The notes under the pieces: generated by a model
Told to the model about the DNA's origin: nothing
Database searches by the model: none
The model's input: the letters and a program-made list of their open reading frames with translations, nothing else
Assembly: GCA_016179745.1 (NCBI GenBank)
Contig: JACPCP010000018.1
Span: 9,258 to 73,257 of the forward strand
Direction: 5' to 3'
DNA length: 64,000 nt
Source of the DNA: Candidatus Omnitrophota bacterium
GTDB taxonomy: Bacteria > Omnitrophota > Omnitrophia > Omnitrophales > JACQLI01
Position numbers and translations under genes: made by a program
In this document: positions 1-7,400 of the stretch, in pieces
Layout of the letters: the number at the start of each line of letters is the position of its first letter
How positions within the stretch are numbered: position 1 is the first letter of the stretch

Positions 1-555
1 CCGCTCTATTTCCAGGCCCCTTACGAGGCCTTTCTCACGCAACTCTCCGTCTCTGTCCTGGCGGGGGCGGTTCTCGCAAGCCCGGTCCTCTTTACCCAGC
101 TTTGGCTTTTTCTGGCGCCCGGGCTTTATCACCGGGAAAAACAGGTTTTGTTTCCTCTCATTCTGATTTCCATTCTTCTTTTTCTCGTGGGCGGCGCCTT
201 CAGCTTCCGGGTCCTCGTGCCGGCGGGTTTGAAATTTTTCCTGAGTTACCAGACGGAATTTTTAAAGCCGCTTCTCGGCGTGGGGCCCTATTTCTCGTTT
301 CTGGCCGGGATGATTCTGGCAGGGGGGCTTGTCTTTGACCTGCCGGTCGTAGTGCTCGGCCTCGTGCGGGCGGGGGTCCTGAATCAGGAAAGATTGAAGC
401 ATTCCCGCAAGGCCGTGATCGTGATCCTCCTGGTTCTGGCCGCCATTTTGACTCCCACCCCGGACCCGGTGAGTCAGCTGATTCTGACCGTGCCGCTTGT
501 GATCTTGTTTGAGGCCTGCGTTTTTTTGGCCCGATGGGTGGAGCGGAAAAAATGA
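1..555 (+). CDS. tatC: Twin-arginine translocase subunit TatC (5' end cut by window edge)
   Basis: Frame 1 is open from base 1 to TGA 553-555. The translation (FTQLWLFLAPGLYHREKQ..., ...AILTPTPDPVSQL...) has the multi-pass membrane layout and signature stretches of TatC. Confidence 0.85.
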   Translation, partial: PLYFQAPYEAFLTQLSVSVLAGAVLASPVLFTQLWLFLAPGLYHREKQVLFPLILISILLFLVGGAFSFRVLVPAGLKFFLSYQTEFLKPLLGVGPYFSFLAGMILAGGLVFDLPVVVLGLVRAGVLNQERLKHSRKAVIVILLVLAAILTPTPDPVSQLILTVPLVILFEACVFLARWVERKK

Positions 556-1460
556 GAGTCCTCTATGCCGGCGACAGCCCGGCGGGCGGCCCGGCCCATT
601 ACCTCCTCGGAATTCTTCGGCGGATGAAAGCGCAGGTAAAGCACCTGGCGCCGGAGGAAAGACTCAGTCCCTCGACCCTCCAGGCGCCTTATGACGGAAT
701 CATCCTGAGTGATTTTTCAAGAGACCACGTTCCGGACAAATCTCAAAAGTTGATCGAAGGCCAGGTCAAAAAAGGGGCCGGGCTTTTAATGGTGGGAGGC
801 TGGGCGTCCTTTTCCGGCCCTTACGGCGGCTGGCACGGCTCGCTTGTCGAAAAACTCCTGCCCGTCACCTGCCTCGGCCGTGACGACCTGGTCAGCTTCC
901 CGGCCGGGGCCTTGATCCTGGAGAAGGTGAAGCACCCAATGTTTCGGTCCGTTTCTTTCACGAACCCGCCCTCCATCGCCGGCCTGAACCGGTTCCTTCC
1001 CAAAAAGGGCAGCATTACGATTCTTGCGGCAAGAAGAATTTTAGCGAGACTTCCCCTCACCCCCACCCTCTCCCCAAAGGGGAGAGGGCAGCGTGGCAGT
1101 TTTCGCAGGGGGCAGGGTGAGGGGGTCATTCGTTTAGAGGAGAGAGAGTATCCTCTCTTGGTTGTAGACCGGGAAAGACGGGTGGCGGCGCTCGCCACCG
1201 ATCTGGCCCCCCACTGGTCGGGCGGGCTTTTGGATTGGGGCAGGCGCCGTTTGACGCTTCCCGCTCACGATGTGATTACGATTGAAGTGGGCGAAACCTA
1301 CGTCCGCTTCGTCTCCTCGCTTTTGAAGTGGCTCACGAATGTCGAGTTGGACCCGCGCTACAGCCCGAAGGAACTCGCCGGGCGCTTTAAGCGTTCAAAT
1401 AGTCTCGAAGGGCTCGAAGGCATTTTTCGGCTGGCTAAAGCGTTAAATCAGCTAAAATGA
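552..1460 (+). CDS. Class-I glutamine-amidotransferase-like (DUF1355/ThuA-like) protein with an in-frame repeat insertion
   Basis: ATG 552 overlaps the tatC stop (ATGA). MRVLYAGDSP...IILSDFS...GLLMVGGWASFSG resembles GATase1-like cytoplasmic proteins. The family assignment comes from motif memory only. Confidence 0.45.
   Translation: MRVLYAGDSPAGGPAHYLLGILRRMKAQVKHLAPEERLSPSTLQAPYDGIILSDFSRDHVPDKSQKLIEGQVKKGAGLLMVGGWASFSGPYGGWHGSLVEKLLPVTCLGRDDLVSFPAGALILEKVKHPMFRSVSFTNPPSIAGLNRFLPKKGSITILAARRILARLPLTPTLSPKGRGQRGSFRRGQGEGVIRLEEREYPLLVVDRERRVAALATDLAPHWSGGLLDWGRRRLTLPAHDVITIEVGETYVRFVSSLLKWLTNVELDPRYSPKELAGRFKRSNSLEGLEGIFRLAKALNQLK
1053..1125. repeat. Palindromic G/C-rich element, family A, copy 1 (in frame within CDS)
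   Basis: Sequence is cccctcaccc...ccctctcccc aaa ggggagaggg ...gggtgaggggg, with a perfect 10-bp inner stem and outer inverted arms. It encodes LTPTLSPKGRGQ...GQGEG. Related copies are at 14469-14520 and 56923-56972. Confidence 0.8.
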
Positions 1461-1547
1461 CCCATCCATACACAATTGCAGATTTGTTCATTGATGAATA
1501 AATGAAGATATGCTATTCTTGGGTTATCTCGAAAGGGGGGTCCAAGA

Positions 1548-1805
1548 ATGACGGCTACTTTGAAGGTGAACGCCCGGAATGATCTTCACCTGCCTGCCAA
1601 ACTCCTGCGGCATTTGAACCTGGGAAAGGACAGGATCTTAAGGGTCGAAGCGAAGGGGAACGCCCTGATCCTGCTCCCGGTGGATTTGGAGCCGCGCTAC
1701 AGCCAGGAGGAGCTCGACGGGTTGGACCGGCTGCATGCGGATGAAAAGAAAAAAGGCTGGATTCGCTTAGAAACCGGGAAAGACATCGACAGACTCCTTT
1801 CGTAA
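1548..1805 (+). CDS. AbrB/MazE/SpoVT-type antitoxin-like protein
   Basis: 85 aa. The N-terminal VNARNDLHLPAKLLRHLNL...ILL pattern is typical of swapped-hairpin AbrB-fold antitoxins. It lies directly upstream of a RelE-like ORF. Confidence 0.6.
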   Translation: MTATLKVNARNDLHLPAKLLRHLNLGKDRILRVEAKGNALILLPVDLEPRYSQEELDGLDRLHADEKKKGWIRLETGKDIDRLLS

Positions 1806-1815
1806 CGCGCCCTCC

Positions 1816-2103
1816 TTGAAATCCCTAGCCGCCTCAAGCCACTTCCAAAAACAGCTCAAGAAGCTTTCGCGCCAGGAGCAGGAAAAAACTCTTCAGGTTC
1901 TGAAGGAGTTTCTCTCGGCCTTAAAATCGGGCCACCTCCCAGCCGGTTACGGTTTTAAAAAAATCAACGGCGACAAGTATGAGATACGGATTGATATCAG
2001 GAAACGGATCGTGATGAAAGCTGAAGGGGATACGTTGATTTGCCAGTTGGTTGGGGATCACGAGGAAGTGAAAAGATTCCTGCGAAATTACCGCAACAGG
2101 TAA
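1816..2103 (+). CDS. RelE/ParE-superfamily toxin-like protein
   Basis: 95 aa with a TTG start. FQKQLKKLSRQEQEK...GFKKINGDKYEIRIDIRKRIVMKAEGDTLICQLVGDHEEV matches the RelE/ParE layout. It pairs with the upstream antitoxin. Confidence 0.55.
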   Translation: MKSLAASSHFQKQLKKLSRQEQEKTLQVLKEFLSALKSGHLPAGYGFKKINGDKYEIRIDIRKRIVMKAEGDTLICQLVGDHEEVKRFLRNYRNR

Positions 2104-2156
2104 AGCCGCTCGCCCCTTGAAATAGGTATCAATTAGTGATAACATTTTAGGCACCG

Positions 2157-2513
2157 ATGAATTCCGAGATTCGAATGCAGATCGTCCGGATGGCCCACGA
2201 ACGAGGGATGAAAGCTTCAGAGGTCGCCCGCCACCTCGCTCTTTACCGCTCTAACCTTTCCCTGATGGATTCGGGGAAGCGTTCCGTCTCTTTAAGAACA
2301 CTCACCCGCATCGCTGATTTTTTGGGCTGCAGCCCCTCTGACCTGATCGTGGTGCGTTCCGCCAAAGAAGGGCCCCTCTTCCGGAGAATGAGAACCCGTG
2401 AAATTTTGAAGCGAAAGGAAGAAGCCTGCCGGGACGGAGAGGATAAAAGCTGGGTGCATCACGTCCTTTTGAACTGGCAGCGCCACACCCGTTTGGCCCG
2501 GCGGATCCAATGA
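2157..2513 (+). CDS. XRE/Cro-C1 family helix-turn-helix protein
   Basis: MKASEVARHLALYRSNLSLMDSGKRSVSLRTLTRIADFLGCSPSDL is a classic HTH_XRE core. Its stop overlaps the next start (ATGA). Confidence 0.7.
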   Translation: MNSEIRMQIVRMAHERGMKASEVARHLALYRSNLSLMDSGKRSVSLRTLTRIADFLGCSPSDLIVVRSAKEGPLFRRMRTREILKRKEEACRDGEDKSWVHHVLLNWQRHTRLARRIQ

Positions 2514-3028
2514 AACGAAAACCCCTCCTCGATCCTTACCTTAAGGTGATTAAACAATTCAATCGTCTCGGGGTCCGTTACGTGGTCGTTGGAATGAGCG
2601 GAATCAATTATTACGCCAGAGATCCCCGCCAGACCTTTGGGACACTTGATTTCGACCTCTTTTTGGAGCCGACCCTGACCAATGTGAAAAAGGCAATTCC
2701 GGCGCTTAAGAGGCTTGGGTATCACGTCGCCGGCGAGAGAGAAGAAGTTTTGGAAGAAGAGCTGAAAGGAATTGTCCGGATCCGTCAGACATTGACGGCC
2801 ACAACTGCCTACGGGGAGATGATCGAACTCCTTCTCGAAATCTCGGGATTTCCCTTCACCGAGCTGGCGAGGGACGCCGCCACTTTTACGGTCGAGGGGG
2901 TCGGGGTGCGGGTCGGGAGCCTTGAAAAACTTCTCCGTTCTAAAAAATTAGCGGGTCGTCCTAAAGATGCCGCCTTCCTCAAACGGTATGAAGCCCTCCT
3001 GGAAGAGGAAGGGATCGAAGAGGAGTAA
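2510..3028 (+). CDS. Nucleotidyltransferase-fold protein (putative toxin partner of the HTH)
   Basis: VVGMSGINYYARDPRQTFGTLDFDLFL fits the G[SG]-x(9-13)-DxD minimal nucleotidyltransferase pattern. The C-terminal LAGRPKDAAFL motif is typical of small TA-type nucleotidyltransferases. Confidence 0.5.
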   Translation: MKRKPLLDPYLKVIKQFNRLGVRYVVVGMSGINYYARDPRQTFGTLDFDLFLEPTLTNVKKAIPALKRLGYHVAGEREEVLEEELKGIVRIRQTLTATTAYGEMIELLLEISGFPFTELARDAATFTVEGVGVRVGSLEKLLRSKKLAGRPKDAAFLKRYEALLEEEGIEEE

Positions 3029-3079
3029 CGCGAATCTTCAACGCCCTGTATCGAGAGGCCTGCGCCTTAGGATTCCTAA

Positions 3080-3129
3080 AAAGGCGGGATGCGGCCCTGG
3101 AGAGGCTGCCCCGGCTGGGATTAGGCGGA
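3080..3129. repeat. 50-nt direct repeat, copy A (flanks the ATPase cassette)
   Basis: aaaggcgggatgcggccctggagaggctgccccggctgggattaggcgga matches 4416-4465 at 48 of 50 positions, with an offset of 1336 bp. Confidence 0.9.
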
Positions 3130-3163
3130 GGCGAGGATGCTTTCGTAGCCCTGGAGAAGGGCT

Positions 3164-4339
3164 TCAGATTTGGTCGGCGTTGCGCCAGTCAATAAACTTA
3201 ACAACCGTTTTCTTATAAAGGGTCTCACCCGAAGCCCCTTCGCCAACAACATACCCCTCCGGAGCTTCCGGATACCGGTCTAGAAAAGCCTTCATTCCAG
3301 CCGGCAAAACACCGGGGGCAAGACTGCTCTTGACTTCAATGGGAACCGGCCTTCGATTTACCACTTTTACGAAGTCCACTTCTGCCTTTTGCCTCGTGCG
3401 CCAAAAATAAAGAGCTGTGTTGGGAGAAATTTTCTGTAAAAGTTCGAGGAAAACAACCGACTCGTAGAGAATGCCCCTATCTGTCCGCAAGCTCAAATCG
3501 TACTCAAAATTTTTAATGACGGCATTTCGAATTCCCAGGTCATAGAGGTAATACTTTCTTGATTTCTTAAGCTCATTCGCCAGGTTGGTCGAAAAACTCG
3601 GAAGCGAATAACAAACGTAGGTTTGCTCGAGGACCGTTAAATACTTTTCAATCGTTCTCGGCGTTAACCCGACCTCCCGTGAAAGACTTGCCACCGACAC
3701 CACGGAGCCCTGATGGTCGGCGAGAAGATACAGTAAATGATTAAAGGCCTTGACGTTCTCCTCCCTGACGAGCGCCTTAATGTCCTTCAAAATGTAGGTT
3801 TCAAGCAGGTCACAAAGATAAATTTGCTTTTCCTCGGGAGTCTCTCTTGCCAGAAGCCCCGGCAAGCTCCCCTCCACCAAAACGGAGTCCGGGGAAAGGC
3901 GGTTGTCCTTGTATTCTTTCAGTGACAACGGAAAGATTTTTATCAAATGCCTGCGCCCCGCCAGGCTTTCTTTCAAATGTTTGTGGATTTCAAGCGACGA
4001 GGACCCGGAGGCGAAGATCTTGACTCCGGACCCGCTGTCAAAAACAGCCTTGAAAAGATGAGATGCATTTTTTAAATAGTGGAATTCGTCCAACAAAACA
4101 ACATCTGCCGTTTTCGTAAGAATCTTGAAGATTGCACTCTCCGATCCTTTGAATTTTAGAAGGTCGTCTGGAATTTCGAGATTGAAGTAGACCGTCTTCT
4201 GGCCGGTCTCCTTCAGGAATTTCTCAAGCTCCCGCAGCAAAAATGTTTTCCCGACCTGCCTCGCACCCAGCAGAATTGTAATTTCTCTTCGCTTTCGGTC
4301 ATTACATAACTCATTGTAAATTTTACGTTTAGCGAGCAT
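3164..4339 (-). CDS. AAA-family ATPase with DUF4143-type C-terminal region
   Basis: Walker A LLGARQVGKTFLL and Walker B VVLLDEF. The overall layout matches the ATPase/DUF4143 family. The likely start is ATG 4337-4339 (MLAKRKIY...); the ORF is open up to 4378. Confidence 0.8.
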   Translation of the reverse strand: MLAKRKIYNELCNDRKRREITILLGARQVGKTFLLRELEKFLKETGQKTVYFNLEIPDDLLKFKGSESAIFKILTKTADVVLLDEFHYLKNASHLFKAVFDSGSGVKIFASGSSSLEIHKHLKESLAGRRHLIKIFPLSLKEYKDNRLSPDSVLVEGSLPGLLARETPEEKQIYLCDLLETYILKDIKALVREENVKAFNHLLYLLADHQGSVVSVASLSREVGLTPRTIEKYLTVLEQTYVCYSLPSFSTNLANELKKSRKYYLYDLGIRNAVIKNFEYDLSLRTDRGILYESVVFLELLQKISPNTALYFWRTRQKAEVDFVKVVNRRPVPIEVKSSLAPGVLPAGMKAFLDRYPEAPEGYVVGEGASGETLYKKTVVKFIDWRNADQI

Positions 4340-4415
4340 GAAAACAATTCTATACAACTGGTATATAAAAGTAAACACTCATTTCTGTGAGGCGGTGCTG
4401 GGCCGGGGAAAGGGC

Positions 4416-4465
4416 AAAGGCGGGATGCGGCCCCGGAGAGGCTGCCCCGGCCGGGATTAGGCGGA
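4416..4465. repeat. 50-nt direct repeat, copy B (contains stop and last two codons of giant ORF 1)
   Basis: Matches 3080-3129 at 48 of 50 positions. Bases 4457-4465 (ttaggcgga) are the Ser-Ala-stop of the giant ORF on the minus strand. Confidence 0.9.
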
Positions 4466-7400
4466 ACGCCAGATCTGGAGCAAGGCCTTGAAGGCCCGTT
4501 CGTATTGGTCGGCGGGCACAAACTGGTCGAGATTCTCTTTTTCAACGATCACAAAGCGCCCCTCTTGTCTAAAGCCCCGGAGGAGGTTGGCGGGAAGCGC
4601 ATCTTGAGAATGCTTGGCTGCAAGCAGGGCAGCGCGGGATTTTTCAAGGAGCCCAGAAAACCGTTCGATAAAAACAATCGGTTTCTTCCCGCGAATTTTT
4701 TGGAGCGCCTCATCGATTCCAAGCTCACTTCGAAGGGCGCCGGGAACATTGATGGCAAACTCGGGCTCGATGTAAGCGCCAGGCTGCGCGGCCGCCCATT
4801 TTTCATATTGATCTGACATCTCAGAAATCAACTGGGCGACACCGTCCGGCCCCGGCTGAATCGGCTGGAGGATCTCCACTTTTTTAGACCCCCCTAACGA
4901 TCCGAGAATTTTCCCGATCTCTTGTCTTAATGATTCAAGCCGGACCGGGTCTGCCGGGACCCCGTAAGGAATGACAAGTGTCACGTGGACGTTGCCTCCC
5001 AGGAGGAGGGCCGGTGAAAGCCGGGCCACGGTTTCTTCGACCGTGGGCACCCCTTCAAGGAAAACCGCAGAGCGGGCCGGGCGGTTTTCGCCCTTCACCA
5101 GCTGAGCGCCAAAAGGAGTTTTGGGAGAGGGACGGACCTCGTCGATTTGCTCTTGGATTCCCAGATTCCGCGCTTCGTTTTCTCTCAGCGCCAAAATCAT
5201 GGCATGAGCCAATTCCGGGAGCTCATCGTTGATTCGAGGATCAAAAATTTCGATCCCTTCCGTGACGTTCGCAATATTGATTACAAGAGATAGGGCATTG
5301 GACGCACTCCATCCCTCGGGAAAAAATCCAGCCGGGATTTGAAGCGCCAACTGATTAAGTCCGGGCAAGATGAGCGCCGCACCACGCGGCTTCACGAACG
5401 GCCGTGTTTTCCCGACGAAAATCTTGCCTGCCGGGCTCTCGAGTCTGACAACACCAGCGCTTTGCCCGATCATTTTTTCCAATTGCTCCGGTGAAGTAAG
5501 AAGCCCGGCTGATTCGACTGCCAGCGGCCCCTCATCACGCAATTCGGAGCGGGACTCCGGCAGGTCCTTTTTGGAAAGAGATTCCGATAGCTTACGGACC
5601 GTCTTCAGAGCTTCTGATTTTTGAGGGAGGTCTCGCTGAAGATCAAACTCGGCCCCCAACTTGATCCCCAAAGCTTTCAAGGCTTTCTGGATGAGACGGA
5701 ATGATTTTGTGTCAGGTTTCGGGTGCAGAAGCTGGTCCATCAACTCCCGCTGGCCGATCCCCTGGGCCGCTAAAAGGGCCGCCTCTCTTTCGACGGGATC
5801 AAAAAGATCCATCGGAATGAGGGGCTCCGAAGGCAGGATTCCCCCTTTCTTCCGGGATTCCTGCATCGCTTGAACGATACGGCGCACCCAGTCTATCAAT
5901 AGGAGAGATTGTGCGTAAAACCTGGTGAGTGGTTGAACCTCCTTTCCCGGTTTCTGCTGTCTTGCCTCGGAGCGGGGGAGAGCGTTGGCGATCACTGTGG
6001 CAAGGGTTTCAACTTCTTTAAATTGGGCGCGCACCTTGTTTAGAGTTTCCTCGGGGACCCCGAACGCTCTCAGCGCTCTCGTCAGGGCTTCCGGTTTGTC
6101 GGGAGGGACAGGAATTTGAATCGAATCAAAATGAATCTTGACATCGCTTCCTGTCCGGCTCGCTTGGATGGCGGGGACAGGCCGCCCCTGTTTTTCCAAA
6201 GACGCCTGAAGCACTCCTGTAAAAGTCTTTTTATCCTGGGGAAGTCCCACGGAGAGGTCCTTTAAGTGAATGATATCTACCGGTAGAGCGGCACCGATAC
6301 GATCCTGATTAGCAAAGTCTCCCAAAGACGAAAAGAGGGTCAAAGAGTCTGAATCCGTCGAGCCCGTTACCGGGAATCTGAGGGCCCGCAGTTTCCAAGA
6401 CAGGTTCGTTGATGGGGAGGCGGGGGCCGTGAGGGTGACATCCTTCAGGGTGACGACGCGGCTTCCATCCGCCCGCTTTTCAAACCTCACCCGGGAGGTC
6501 TTGCTTTCCGCCGCCCGCGCTTCGGAGCGGGGGGAGGAGAGGTGGTCGATGATCGGTTTGAGCTGATCGCTTAGTTCGGGGTGTGTCCCCCGCAGTCTTC
6601 TTTGGAGGAGTGCCAGGCGGGAGAGGGCCCCCCACTGTAGTGCCCGCCACTCGCCCATATTCTCCCGGACCGGCGAAATCTTTGCTTGGGCCTCGTTCAA
6701 TCCACTTGCAAAGGCACCCAGATTCAACTCTGCCTCGATAAGTAATCTCTCATACTTCGTGTCCCAACTGTCCGATTTTGCGATTTCCGCAAGAGATAGT
6801 TGCCAAAGGGAGTTGCTTTTTGCGCGCCGGATTTCGGCGTCACGAAAGGACGGAAGGGCGGCTTCAAATTTCCTTTCAAACTCATCCGTCAAACGGTTAA
6901 GCTCCTCAAGCCGATTGGTGAGGGCCTTAAGAAAAGCGGGGACGGGTGAACCAAGCAGGGAATATGCTTCCGACTTTTGAAGGCCAAAGAGCCGTCTAAG
7001 CTCATCCGATCTATCGTCGTTTGAGTTAACCAATCTACGGAAGGCCGATTCAGTCAGAAGGAGGCCGTTTTCTTCAAGAAGCGCATCGATTTGATAGAAC
7101 ACCGATTCATAGGCACTCTTTATCGCCGAAGCCTCTCTTCTCATTTCATCAAAGAAAGATAGTCCCAGACCTTGTTGAGTCAAACTGTTAGTCATTTTCT
7201 CCAAAAAAGAAAGACCGCCATAAATTGATCGAATCCGCCCGTCTTGTAGAGAAAGGTAGTCCGCCGTCTCAGAAGAGCTATACGGAATACCAGGAGCGTC
7301 GGGGGAGTAGAACGTAACTATTTCACCGATCACTCGTGGGCGGTAAGACTTAGAGATCCAATATAGAAAACCCTCAAACTGCTCTTTCACCCAAAAAACC

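Noticed and set aside
3029-3163. Possible terminator or small RNA in the 50-nt repeat (ggccgggg...ccggggcc).
   Set aside because: Only short self-complementary GGCC/CCGG tetramers are present. There is no convincing stem-loop followed by a T-tract on either strand.
4213-4545. 110-aa minus-strand ORF bridging the ATPase start and the giant ORF 1 end.
   Set aside because: It overlaps both neighbouring genes and the 50-nt repeat, has a Pro/Arg/Ser-rich junk translation and has no independent support.
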